In this document: positions 40,159-53,000 of the stretch, one piece after another | How positions within the stretch are numbered: the first letter of the stretch is position 1 | Layout: every line of letters starts with the position of its first letter | Origin: the human T2T-CHM13v2.0 reference genome, Homo sapiens | NCBI RefSeq assembly: GCF_009914755.1 | Contig: NC_060929.1 | DNA length: 64,000 bases | Direction: 5' to 3' (one strand) | Translations under genes and position numbers: made by a program | The notes under the pieces: model-generated | The model's input: the letters and a program-made list of their open reading frames with translations, nothing else | What the model was told of the DNA's origin: nothing | Databases searched by the model: none

Positions 40159-41534
40159 ATCTGGAAGAAGAGCTATTGCAAGAAAAAGGCTGTTGAGTTC
40201 GAGACTATGTTATTCATAAATATTTAAGAAAATATGAGGCAAGTGTTCATGAGCATAGTATACGGAACCAAATTCCGTGGCGAGGAGGGTTCTGCGAACA
40301 TTTCTAAATCTGTAGTATTTATTCATATCACATTTCAATAAACCTATGAAGAATACAATTTTATGAAATCAGCCAAAACTTTATAGCTACATTGTTTTAT
40401 CTTAGTCATTCTATGTACAAATGGAAGGTGTAATATGTGATAGTCACTGGGATAGTCATTTTGTATTTAAACTTCCTTATACCAAATACAGAATCTCCAA
40501 GTTTTTGTCTTTAAATATTTTCCCAACACTTACACTATATTTGATAGTGATTAAAAAGCTGAGTATAATTAATTGGTACCATGTATAACTGTGATAGCTG
40601 CATCTGGTTACTTTTCCTGTTACTCACATTACTCTGTTTTGCTATAACCACTCTATTTGTGAAAGTTTTTATGCTGCCTGCTCAATACATGCTAAATGTT
40701 GCTTTTAGTGAGAAAAATGAGATTTCAAAGCAATATCAAATACAGGTGACAGTGTTTCCTAATTAGTTTTATGGACGTAGAAACAAATCACTTAAAAAAT
40801 TCACAAGCTCTGGAAATGCAAATTTTCTAAAATAAGGACTCACTCTAAATAAAATTTTATATATTATAAACCACATAGTTAGCATATTATTGCCAGATCT
40901 AAAAACCTATATGTAGTTCCTAAATTAGGCTTTAGAGACCCTGCAAGATTTTGAAATGGTCAGGAAGTGGGAAATAACCCACCACTGACACAGACATTGA
41001 TGACAGACTTGTGCTGGCTTCCTAAGATCCAAGAAACTGAATAGCTAATGCGAAAGCACCTTTCTTACCTGAGCACTAATGTTATGGTACCTTTGTAGGC
41101 TCCTGACCTGTAACATTTCAGCCTCTTTTGTAACTTAACAGAAAAAGAAACAATCTAATTTAAGTCATTTTCAAATATACAAATTAAATGGCTAATATTT
41201 TTATTTTAAAAATCAAACATTTTCTTTCAGAGCTTCAAAGAAAACTTGGATAATGGATCTCTCTAGATCCATCCAGGTGGTTTTAGATTCTGTAATACCT
41301 TTACTTCAACATCGCTGGCTTTCAATCTAAAACTAAAAAATTTATCTTTGGGTGAGAAATTAAATATTGTCCAAATCAAATATATTCTTAATAGCCCAGG
41401 AGAATAAACTCAGAAAAGAATCAAAGATAATCTTAGAGGGAACCCGGTTGCTTACTGTGTGCGTATGTATAAGATCAAATATCAAATGCCAGATTTTAAT
41501 GTCAACATGCGATGCTGGGAAGAACATTTAATAT

Positions 41535-41945
41535 AGAGTCATGAGAAACGGGCCTGGAGTTCAAGCTCCAGGAGTATGGGTTGTGTGAACTTGGCCAAGT
41601 CATGGAACCTCTTTGATCCTCAGTTTCAATACAGAGAATAAGAGTAATGAAAATACTACTTCAATCCTGTACAACATAGTGAGATTCTATCCGTACAAAA
41701 ATGAAAAACAGCCAGGTTTGGTGGCATGTGCCTCTAGTCTAGCTACTTGGGAGGCTGAGACAGAAGGATTGCTTGAGCCCGGAAGTTAAAGGCTACAAGT
41801 GAGCTATGATTGTACCACTGCACTCCAGCCTGGGCAACAGATCAATACCCCATCTCTAAAAAAGAAAAAGAAAATAATACTGCTTTCTAGAGTTAGAGTA
41901 TTATGAGAAATAAATGAGATTGTTCATGAAACTGACTTGTGCTGT
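41535..41945 (+). mobile_element. MIR split by an Alu
   Basis: gtgtgaacttggccaagtcatggaacctctttgatcctcagtttc... resumes attatgagaaataaatgaga after the Alu. Confidence 0.7.
41663..41872 (+). mobile_element. 5'-truncated AluJ
   Basis: caacatagtgaga...aggattgcttgagccc...gtgagctatgattgtaccactgcactccagcctggg. Degenerate TSD aatactactt / aatactgctt. Confidence 0.92.
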
Positions 41946-43177
41946 GTAAAACCTGGGTTTTATTTCTAACTCTACAATTTCCCGGCTTTGGATAAATTAC
42001 TTAACAAAATAAAGCCTTGTTTTTCACAACTTTAAAATGAGGATAATAAGAATACAGTGTTTGCAAACTGATTGTTAACAAAGTATGAGCTCAAATCTTA
42101 GTTACTATTACTTGCTATTTTTACTAAATCTCTAAAAATGTACTTAATGTCATCTAGAGATTTAAAATGTTATAATAAAATTTTATTTTTTTAACTTACT
42201 TAAAAACTTACTTCCGTATTTATTTTTACTTGAAAATTTGTTACTCCATATACTTTCTTACAAATAACTTTTAATCTATGTATTTATGTGGAATGAGACA
42301 TTTTCTCCCTAAACAGATAGTTTCTGCTCTGTATGTAATTTTTGAGCTTTATGATTCAAGGGACTTGAGTAGAAATGGATATCCAGGGTCCTTTCATTGT
42401 TTATAATTTGCTATCGCTAATAACAATTTAAATATAATTTGTTTTGTTGGTGGATTTGGTATAAAACAACCGAGGAGCTTGTATGACTTTGTAGACATAC
42501 GGTAGATTTTTTTAAATTTTGAGAGGAAAAAACATTCGAGGGCACTAAGAGCTGCTGGTGCCCTATCTAGAGGACGTATTTGAGATGCACCAGAGATCCC
42601 CTACCTCTTAAAATCCATTTAGAGAGTCAGCTGCAAACCTTTCCTTGGGTAATGGGATTAGCACTCTGTTGTAACTGCAATCCTTAAGGATACAAATTTG
42701 TTTCTGAATGTTGTAGCTAGTAATCTTATGCTCCTTGACAGGTCTTACAGTGTAACTGCCACTCTTGGAATGGAAAATGCAGACCTCAGACCTCTCTCTG
42801 TCTGCTAGGTTAGGAAGTTCAAAGACTTTAACAGGAAGTATTCAGTCTTGAGGAAGTAAAAATTAGCTGCTCCCCACCTTTATTTTTCAATGATATTATT
42901 GAAGGAATGTGATGAGTCACCTAAATTTAGCATACATATAGATGCTTTTATAAGAGAATTTTTCCTTGTAGTACCCTTAATTTTTAGTACTTTTAAAGAA
43001 AAGAATGCTAAGAAATATTTTCTGTCTAAGTATATTTGTTGATATTTAAAAACCTTCTGAACCAGTTAGTTTGTTTGGAATTCAGTATTAAAGGAATAAA
43101 AGTCAAGAACTGTTTGTGGTTCTTCTCTTTGCTATCCTCTTTCTATGAGACAGCTCTTATTTCCCTGGATGGACAAT

Positions 43178-43396
43178 ATGCATTGAGCATTCTTAATCCA
43201 GAAATCTGAAATCTTCCAAAATGTTAAACTTTTTGAGTACTGACAGCTCAAAGGAGGAGCATTTCTGATTTCAGATTTTCAGATTAGTGATGGCCAACTA
43301 AATATAATGGAACATATTCCAAAATCCAAAAAAAAATCCAAAACCTGAAACCCTTCTGGTCCCAAACATTTTCTTGATAAAGGATATTCAACCCAT
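43178..43396 (+). mobile_element. Tigger4a/MER46A-type MITE
   Basis: ttgagcattcttaatcc...aaactttttgag...ggagcatttctgatttcagattttcagattag...cttctggtcccaaacattt...gatattcaacc. Confidence 0.88.
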
Positions 43397-43669
43397 GTAG
43401 GTATGCTGAGCCACTATGATCCTAGGAAAATAAAATAACATTTTAGTATTTTTTTTATACACCTTCCTGATACATTCTAATATTTTCTTCTGTTTTTAAT
43501 TTTATCCTCATAATACAAATGATTATTGAATATTGTTAAAATATTCTTACTTTAAGAAAATGTCTATAAATTTGAAATATTCCAAGTCTGTTTTCATGAG
43601 GCGTGATTTTTTATAGCTAGGATTCCAGTGGAATGTAAAATAAAAATTACAATATCTTTTGAAGCTCAC

Positions 43670-43913
<244 letters not shown>

Positions 43914-44065
43914 GAAGCTCACTATGATTTTAGCATTAAAAACCACTCTTGGACTTCATTGAGTAATTTACATAAAAACAAATATTAATGTAGTATAAAG
44001 CTGATATTTATTTTAATTTTTCCTTTTGAAACTATTCTCAATTCTTTCTTAAATGTTCTATTCAT

Positions 44066-44369
44066 GGCCATGCACGGTGGCTGATACCTATAATCTCAGC
44101 ACTTTAGGAGGCCGAGGCCAGCAGATTGCTTCAGCTCTGGAGTTCAAGACGAGCCTGGGCAACATGGCGAGACCCTCTGTCTACTACAAATACAAAAGAA
44201 AAAAAAATAGCCAAGCGTGGTGGTGTGCATCTGTGGTCCCAGCTTCTCAGGAGGCTGAGGTGGGAGGATTGATTGAGCCTAGAAGGCGGAGGTTGCAATG
44301 AGCCCAAGATCTTGCCACTGCACTCCAGCCTAGGTGACAGAGCAAGACTCTGTCTCAAAAAAAAAAAAA
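44066..44369 (+). mobile_element. AluJb
   Basis: Full dimer with J-type positions. TSD gttctattcat / gttatattcat. Confidence 0.94.
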
Positions 44370-44489
44370 GTTATATTCATATCCTATTCTTCTTGGATAT
44401 ACTATATTGACTATACATTTACTTCATCTTGATGGCTTCTGGTCCTATGAATACTGGCTGTGTCTGTGCTATAGGGACCATGTGGTGTG

Positions 44490-44697
44490 CTCTAGGGAAC
44501 ACTAGCTGCTGCATCAGAGCCCTTAACTGCTATCTGTGCTCTGATTGGCCTAGTGTAGGTTACTTACCCTCTCTTGCTTCTCTAATCTATAAAATGGGGC
44601 TAATAATACACATCTAGGGCAGTAGCGAGGGTTACATGAAGTTGCATTGCATCTAACAGTCTCTGGCATATAGAAGGTGCCCAATAAAGTTTAGTTT
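44490..44697 (+). mobile_element. MIR
   Basis: aggttacttaccctctc...tctataaaatggggctaataata...tctggcatatagaaggtgcccaataaa. Confidence 0.8.
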
Positions 44698-44927
44698 CAT
44701 GGTTCATGGCAGATAGAAATGTAAATGTCAGTGTGGGAGATTTAGGATTAGAGCTAATGTAGCTGTGGCCTTGGTAAGAGTTGGTTGTTGGCTTGTTTAC
44801 TTTTTATTTTACAAAACAAATGAAACTATGTAATCTCCAAAGTAGTAGAATACAGCTCTCAGCCTAGGCTGAAAATATATATGACTTAATCAATTGCATT
44901 TGCATATAAGAAATTCCTACCTCAGGG

Positions 44928-45038
44928 TTTTTTTTTTTTTTTTTTTGAGACAGAGTCTTGCTATATTGCCTAGGCTGGTCTCAAATTCTTGCACTCCAGC
45001 AATCCTCATCTCAGCTTCCCGAGAAGCTGGGACTGCAA
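44928..45038 (-). mobile_element. Alu monomer fragment (FLAM-like)
   Basis: Poly-T, then gagacagagtcttgctatattgcctaggctggtctcaaattc...gctgggact. Flanks agggtt on both sides. Confidence 0.85.
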
Positions 45039-45103
45039 TCATAGGGTTATTTTAAAGACTTAAAGATATATAACAATTCAAAGAGTTTAGCACTTGCTAA
45101 ACA

Positions 45104-45170
45104 CTCAGTAAATGGTCATTAATATAAAGATGCAGCCCTCTCAGTAAATGATTATTAACATAAAGATGCA
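45104..45170. repeat. 36-bp-period tandem duplication
   Basis: ctcagtaaatggtcattaatataaagatgca / ctcagtaaatgattattaacataaagatgca. Confidence 0.88.
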
Positions 45171-45341
45171 ACTGTTGGGATACAGGTTGTGTACTCTAAA
45201 TTTTGACCGAAAGTCATACGTACAAAATGTATTCTCGGTACACCAACGTTAAATGGTTATAATTAACAAAGTTGCTAAATTTTGAAAATATGTTCATATA
45301 AACAGCTACCTTTTTTTGGATATTTAGTATATAGTCGTTAA

Positions 45342-45682
<341 letters not shown>

Positions 45683-45728
45683 GCAAATGGGAGTTTTTTG
45701 TGGTTAGAAAATTGTATTTGTGAGAAAT

Positions 45729-46027
45729 AATTCTGAAAATGCCTTTTATCTACTTTATACAAATTGTCTCTGTATATTATCTTTAAAAATCTCAGAATCT
45801 AGAAAGAATGGTTTATCTTTCTGGGCCCTAGAATCATACCAGATAGATGGGTCAATATTATACAGATCTTAGAGTCTGAGAATTCTGCAGATATCTTTTA
45901 TCAAATTTATACAAACTGTCTCTGTATATGACCTTTAAAAAATTTCAGAATCTAGAAAGAATACATAATTTATTTTCTGGGCCCTAGAGTCATACCAGGT
46001 AGAAGGGTCAATATTACACAGACCTAG
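45729..46027. repeat. Diverged tandem duplication, about 152-bp period (2 copies)
   Basis: cttttatc...tgtctctgtatat...cagaatctagaaagaat...ttctgggccctaga.tcatacca...gggtcaatatta.acaga starts at both 45743 and 45895. Confidence 0.93.
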
Positions 46028-46084
46028 CAACACGTATAGATGTTTTGGGGGTCTACCTGCTCTAGGTAAATATTTCTGCCTGTA

Positions 46085-46198
46085 CTGGGGCTTATGTGCA
46101 GCTGCCATGCACTGGTGTGACAACTGGTTGCATGGCTGGCATTCATTCTGATTAATCACCAATGTAATACCAGTTGTTAAATATTTTGAATATTACCT
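46085..46198 (-). mobile_element. Probable old hAT-type DNA transposon end (family uncertain)
   Basis: taccagttgttaaatattttgaatattacct resembles a terminal repeat I recall from hAT-Tip100-like fossils. Confidence 0.35.
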
Positions 46199-46893
46199 AG
46201 AAATATTTATATCTGTACCTGCATTGCGTCCCCATTTTCTCATTTAAGAGTAGCATAATTGTTTTTTTTCTTTGTCTTTCACAGCAGGACGATTGAAGTC
46301 ATTAAGGTGGATGGTTTCTACCTGTTGGTTAGACTTTTCTACAAAACTACGGTATCTGCTAGGTTGTGGCTTATTTCACCACTGTACTGAATCTCACTAC
46401 TTTATACAGGTCAGGGCATCTCACCACTGAAATGTATTGTTGAGTACCTTCATCATTGTTTATTGAGCTTTTCATAGGGTTTTTCATATAGAACTTGTAA
46501 CTGCTTGTTCATTCTTCTCCATGACTCTCCTCTTACTACACCCTCAGCTCAGTTCCTTTAATGAGAAGACATTCTAGGAAGTTCTGGGTATTAAGCTGGA
46601 GTGGTGGAGGTCTTTGAAGGAGGTTTGATATTAGAAATCAGATTCACTTTCACAAGGAGCATTTAAATCATTTTAGCCAATTAACACCCTAACATGTGAT
46701 TTAACACCATCAAGTCCCCAAGTTGCCAAGAATGTGGCCCATGCCTATTTCCCCTGGTATGCTGTCTAGATTGCTGAATAATGTTTGTCTTCTATTAATT
46801 AAGAATTCTGTACTTGGCAAATTAAGCATGTTTGCCTAAACAAGTCTCACAAATGTGATAGGAACATTAGACTTCTGACTCTGTATTTTGGAT

Positions 46894-46925
46894 GTTTTGT
46901 TTTGTTTTGTTTTGTTTTGTTTTTG
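46894..46925. repeat. (GTTTT)n
   Basis: About 6 units. Confidence 0.9.
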
Positions 46926-47881
46926 GTTATCTGAGAGTCTGAGTTACAAGGTAACTCAGAAACCAGCTCTCTCAATTAATAGGTCAGAATATGAAGTTTG
47001 TAGTAGTTACTAACCCAAAGACAGATAAGTTTTAATCTCTATTTCAGCTTTGTTCAGTGGGAATTTTGGTCACTTGGAGGCCATAAATTTGACATCCTTC
47101 AATAAAATCAAAGTCACGTAGCTAGTTTGTGGCACAGCCTGGACTAGAACCTGGTTCTTTTGATTTCTAGTCTCACTTTCATTTTTTCCTAGTCACTTTA
47201 TTATAATGTTCATGGAAACCGTTACTTGAATACATTTTTATAACCTTGTAATCCATTATGTAGGCATGAAAAATTAAGACTTTTGACATTTTTATTATAT
47301 GCAAAGAAAGTAAAAATTATCTTGTTAAAAATATCATCCTTATTATTCAACTTTGAAAACATAGAAAAGATGTGTGAAAGAGAAATGTAGCTTCATATGC
47401 ATATCTTTTAAGTATGACCCTTCATTATCGAGCTCTTTTTTTTTCCTTTTTTTTTTTACAAAGTATGCCATGAGCTTTTTTAAGGACACATTTTAACATA
47501 GATTAAATCTTTGAGGAATTAGCTTGAATTATTTATAGGTAACTGCCAAAACATGCTAATATCCATGTGTGTGAAATATAAATATGTTTATCAATAGCTG
47601 AGAGTAATTGTTTGTATCATGATGTTAGGAATGATATAGCTATATTTCATGCAGTTTTTAAAGCCCAGTTGATGTAGTTTGTGTATTTCCCTGGCTAACA
47701 TTGTTGGCACACAGTAAATTTCTAACAATGATGATTACTCTGCCTCCGTACAGTATTCACTTTAACTAGAAAAAAATTTACTACTATGCTAATGTGGTAC
47801 AATTTTTGAAGTATGTTAAGATGCTAAGAAAATGTTATGGCATTCTGTTACAGTATTATCATTTTTTATAGGAACTAGTCT

Positions 47882-47903
47882 TCTCTCTCTCTCTCTCTCT
47901 CTC
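47882..47903. repeat. (CT)n
   Basis: About 11 units. Confidence 0.9.
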
Positions 47904-48385
47904 CCCCGCCCGCCCCTGTCTCATACATGTACTACACCAGTCATTCATCTTTCCTATGCCACACTCATGTTTTCACCTTACTGACTAAATAACCAGTGGT
48001 ATCAAAGTTTTATCTTCCATTGAAATCCAGCCTTCAAGGATGGTCTCAGAGCCGTTCCCTTCATTATACTGTGCAGTGGTTCTTCAGAATCTGAAAATTC
48101 AGAAATGTCCAAATTATGATTACAAGTGTCCAAACTTTGAAGTGTGTCATGGCATTTGAGTCCTACTTTGTATCTAGCAGTGTCAATTATTTGGGGACGC
48201 ACAGTGATTCCTGTTTTAACAAAAATAAAGCTATAATATTATTGGAGCTAGCATCCTTTTAAGGCAGATTTGACATTGATCGTACCCATAGCTAGGACAA
48301 AGCCAAGCTGGTCATTGTAGTTTCAGGGGGCATGCATGTCCACTTCCTCCCAGTTAATATCCCCATTTTCTTTGATTCCTATGTA

Positions 48386-48691
48386 CAGCAGTTCCCCCTT
48401 ATCCACAGAAGATACCTTCCAAGACACCCCACTAGATTCCTGGAACCATAATAGTACTGAATCCTATATATATTATGTTTTTCCCTACAAATACATATCT
48501 ATGATAAAGCTTAATTTATAAATTGGGACTGTATAAGATTAACAACAATAACAATAAAATAGAACAATTATAACAATATACTGTAATAAAAGTTATGTGA
48601 ATATGGCACCTCTCCATAAGTATCTTATTGTGCTGTACTATGAGTAATTGAAACTGCAGAAAGTGAAACCTCAGAAAAGCAGGGACTGCTG
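48386..48691. mobile_element. MER44/Tigger7-family MITE
   Basis: TA|cagcagttccccctt...aagcagggactgctg|TA terminal inverted repeats with TA TSD; internal aataaaatagaacaattataacaatatactgtaataaaagttatgtgaat. Confidence 0.9.
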
Positions 48692-48839
48692 TACTGCCCT
48701 TTATTTTGTAATAATATATATATATATAACTTTCCTGAAAGAACTAGTTGGAGGAATAAGTCCCAGGAAACATATTCACATGAAATGTGATAAACCACAC
48801 AACCTGTGCACAGAACCAATACTGGACAAAATGGAGAGC

Positions 48840-49100
48840 AGAACAGCTAAGTGACTAGGAGCACAGGTTTTGAGGCAGACAGTCCTGGTTTGAAATCTTT
48901 TCTTAGAGACTTTCTGTCACCTTGAAACAATTAAAATCAAGACTGTTTGACTTCACTTAGACCAGTGTTTTCTTATCTGTAAGATGGAGATAATACTGTT
49001 TCATGAGCTGTATTATTAGAAAGATTAAAAGAAAAATAGGTTTAAAAATTGAGTAATTTGCCTGACATTTAGTCAATACCTGAAAATGTCAATTAATATA
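48840..49100 (+). mobile_element. MIR
   Basis: ggagcacaggttttgaggcagacagtcctggtttgaaatc...ttttcttatctgtaagatggagataata. Confidence 0.8.
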
Positions 49101-50344
49101 ACAACAAAATAGAAATACATAGGACAACTGAAAAGAGAGAAAAAGTGAATAAATGAGAAGCTGAGGACCCTAAGGGCAAATTTTGTGCACATCATATCTT
49201 TGCCAGTAGTTCTTCCTGTTTACCTTCTATTGGTTGGGGAAATTTAGAGGCCATGGCTGATAATATTGTGTCAGTGCCTGAGCTCTGCTTTGTGTTATTT
49301 ATAAATATTTTTGCTTATTTTTCTTGGATGATGCTATAAACAGTGATTCATCCTCCTTAAATGGAGTCTTTGTTAATTGAAGATATCTGCCTTCAAGGGG
49401 CTTTTTTGTAGAAACAATAAGGATATACAGGAAACAGTTAAAATATAAAACTTATTACATGAAGGTCATCAGGGCTACAGAATAATGTGGAAGGGAAAGA
49501 ACACGTTGTGGGGATCAGATTCCATGTAAAGGACAGCTCCACTTTTCTATTTCAATGTGGACATTGAGATAAAATAGCATAAAAGTATGTTTGACACCAG
49601 GGCTCAATAAGCATAATCCTGAAACAGCTACTGTAAAAATAATCTTTTTAGCAGATCTTGTTTGTAAGTTTTTAATTTCTTAGAAAAAATCAGCATTTTT
49701 TAAAAGTATTTGGTCCATCCTCACAAATACTTGAAAGACAGCTAGAGACTTAGTTTCTTCATGTTCCAATACATGGATTCCAGAATTACTAAAGAGGACA
49801 ATGTTGGATTCCTTACCCCTGTCCCCAGGAAGCCACATTTTCTGAGAAGAGATCCTACATTGGGCTATTTTTGACTTTCCAATAAGCTGTTATAGTGTAA
49901 TGGCCAATACACAAACATTATGTGTTTGTGGAAGCAAAATGGAGAGATAATAGAATCTTATTCTCCTCTATATTGATTTCATATGGAGGAGAATCAAAGG
50001 CATATATAATTGATTTAATTTTTTGGATTTTAAAATTTCAATCAAAGATGGGTTCAAAATGTGTTCTTTATCCTCCATTGATATTTGGTCACATAAAAGG
50101 TTTTATGAATATGTTGGAACTTGCCTGAATTTAATGCCAATTTACTGATATACTAGGCATATTTTAGTTTATTTTGTTTTGTGATGATTTTTTAAAAAAA
50201 GAAAAATTCTACTTTTGTTCCTCATTATGAGTGTAATCTTTCCCCCTTCTTTTTAGAAAATTTAACTTGAACTTGAGTACAGAACTCAACAGAGTTTATA
50301 ATATTATAGTTTACAGGTAGCTTGTCCATGTCAAAGTTGTATAT

Positions 50345-50930
50345 CAATTAATTTAACAAATTTTTGTTTATGATCTTCTATATTTCAGGCACTGTGCTAG
50401 GTACTGGTGGTACAGAGAAGTCAACAAAACATATACAAATCCGTTCTCTCATAGAGTGTTCAGTCAGAAATTAAAGTGATAAGAAAAACAAGTCATATTG
50501 TAATGGGACTCAATACTTTAGAGCAATAGAGGGGGAGTTGGGATGCCAGGAGCCTGGGGAAGGGTTACACTTTTAAATAATGAGGTCAAGGAAGATTCAC
50601 TGAGAAAGTGACAGTTGAGCAAAGATCTGAAGGGCAGTGAGAGAGGAAACCACATGGATACATTGGGTGAGCATATTCTTGGCAGAGGAAACAGCAAGTG
50701 CAAAGATGCTGAAGTAGGAGCCTGCCTGTGAAAAGAAAAGGAGGCCATTGTGCTGGGAGAACTACCAGGAAGGGAAGGGTGGAGGGAAGAGATCCCTGGG
50801 ATGGGATAGGGGTGGAAAGGTAGGTTCTGTAGGGCCTTTTGACTGCTGTGTATTGAGAACAGATTGTAAGGTACCAACGGCAAATCAGGGGGATGAGTCA
50901 GGAGGCAGTTACAGTAACCTGGACACAAAG
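50345..50930 (-). mobile_element. L2a remnant
   Basis: caggcactgtgctaggtactgg...ctgagaaagtgacagttgagcaaagatctgaagg...ggcagaggaaacagcaagtgcaaag. Confidence 0.9.
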
Positions 50931-52398
50931 ATAGTGTCTATCTACCTACTGTGCATTTAATGCTGCAAGTATTGTATGTAGAGACCAAGTACAAAGAGGT
51001 CCTTTCTGTTGATTTTTCGGTCTGAATTCTTTTCCCCTTGTGGTTCAAATCTTACATGGAAGGGAAGGAAAAGTCAATTACATGTTTCACAATTTTTAGT
51101 CATTACTGGTAATAATAATAATAATATGAATCTTGCATGTATATAGCATTTTGTAGTTTTCAGGGCTTTCTTATATATATTTTCATGCCTAGCCCTCAAA
51201 ATAGCCTACATTGAATGAGTAACAGCTCTGAGGTTTATAAGACGTACCCAGAGTCATGTAGTGATCCCTTCTCTTTTCAGGATATTGACTTTGGTGAATA
51301 TATACAAACTAAATAATAATCAATAACCTTGTATTTGTGGAGAAGAGGTTTTGGGTACACTTAAAGAATACTTAGCCAAAGACTCATTAAGAGTATATCT
51401 GACATTGGTGGTGGCTGTGTTGTAAGCTGAGAAAATTTAATTGTTATTGATTCTTTAAAAACGAAAACACTTAAAAACAGGAACATTTTCTCCTTTTAAA
51501 TTCACCTTTTCTTTTTGTAGGATTCACATACCTAAAAATGAAATAGAAAAAAGTATACAAAAACTGGAAGAACCCCACAAGTGTGAGGGAAATTATAATA
51601 CCAAAAATACTTAATTTTTGCTGAGCAGTAATACTAGATACAGGGTTGCCTTATACATGTCAAAATATTTCAGGCAAAAAAGATTTCACTATGAAATTTA
51701 AATAATGAGGCTCATGACATTTTACTTTTAACCTACAAGATAGCATTGAATACAATGAAAATATTCAAGTTATGTCAAAGAAAATAGCATAAATAACATT
51801 TATGTATGATTTTATTTAAATTTAAAGTATATTTCATATGTTTCAGGGAAAGGAGGGAGAGATTGCAGAAATTGCTATATATTATAGTAGTTGAGAAAGC
51901 AGGATGTGGTATTTTGTATTCAGAAATATATCATGTAACAGCTGTTGCAAAATTTGACTTAAAAAAACCTGAATGGGCAAATATACCTTTCTAGTCAAAG
52001 GGAATAATATATCACTTGAATTGCGTTCTCGAATTGCCATTTGTCTGGGAGATTGAATTTTTGAACATAGTAGCAGTAAAATGCAAAAAAGGCAGATTAA
52101 TGTAGAGATGTTTGTGAAAAAATTTAAGTGCTCAAGATAGGAATTTGAACTTATGGTTCACACAATAGCAATCCATTCTCTCTTACAAATATGACTGTTG
52201 AAATGATTAATATTTTATGTTGAAAAATCTACTTATTTGAATGTTTCAATTATAATATTCCCTGTTAAAGATATATTTTTTCACTTTTCTGTTGAAATGA
52301 CAGTATGTGTAATATGCAACTGATGTTCTGGCTATCAGTCTGACGAACTCTTGCAATATGTAGAATATGTGGTAGGCATAGTCCTTTTGAAACATTCC

Positions 52399-52537
52399 TT
52401 TTTGTTTTTTAGTTTTGTTTGTAGAGATGGGGTATAACTATGTTGCCCAGGCTAATCTTGAACTCCTGGCCTCAAGCAGTGCTCCTACCTTGGCCTCCCA
52501 AAATGCTGAGATTACAGATGTGAACCACTGAGTCCAG
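52399..52537 (-). mobile_element. Alu left monomer (FLAM_C-like)
   Basis: tagagatgggg...tatgttgcccaggct...aactcctggcctcaagc...gcctcccaaaatgctg. TSD tgaaacatt. Confidence 0.92.
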
Positions 52538-52699
52538 ATGAAACATTGTTTTGAACTTTTTGGTAGGGAATGGTTCTGAGGTAGCTGAGGGATTGATGCC
52601 ATGGGTGACATCTGAGACAGGAGTTTATGGTTCTCTGTTCCTCTCCTTTTTTTAGGTGAACTACTGTTTACATCCTTCTTATTCCCTCCCTCCTTTAAA

Positions 52700-52865
52700 T
52701 TATCCATTCAACAGTATTATCTAGTGCCACCTATATGCCATGGCATTATTCTAGGGGCTAGAAATACAGCTCTCTGCTCCCTTGAACTTGCTATCTTGTA
52801 GTGAATGTGGACAATAAACAATTTAAACAAATGAAAATGTTAATTATGGATGGACCAAGAAAGAA

Positions 52866-52913
<48 letters not shown>

Positions 52914-53000
52914 GCAAAATTGTGTGTATTCACAGGGTGAGGGAAAGCTGCTCACCTCACAGGAAGGCTGAAGCCTGAAATGATAAGAGCTAGCTGTTTC
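52700..53000 (-). mobile_element. L2 3' remnant containing (GA)n
   Basis: ccattcaacagtatt...ctatatgccatggcattattctagg...tgctcccttgaacttgc. Confidence 0.6.
52869..52911. repeat. (GA)21 microsatellite
   Basis: Uninterrupted GA run. Confidence 0.98.

Noticed and set aside
41253-41272. Short inverted repeats atggatct/agatccat, also taaatctcta/tagagattta near 42125-42163
   Set aside because: Arms of 8-10 bp are expected by chance in 64 kb of AT-rich DNA.
50772-50813. Six G3+ tracts (possible G-quadruplex)
   Set aside because: Inside an L2 fossil, with an 11-nt loop splitting the tracts 3+3; no sign of function.
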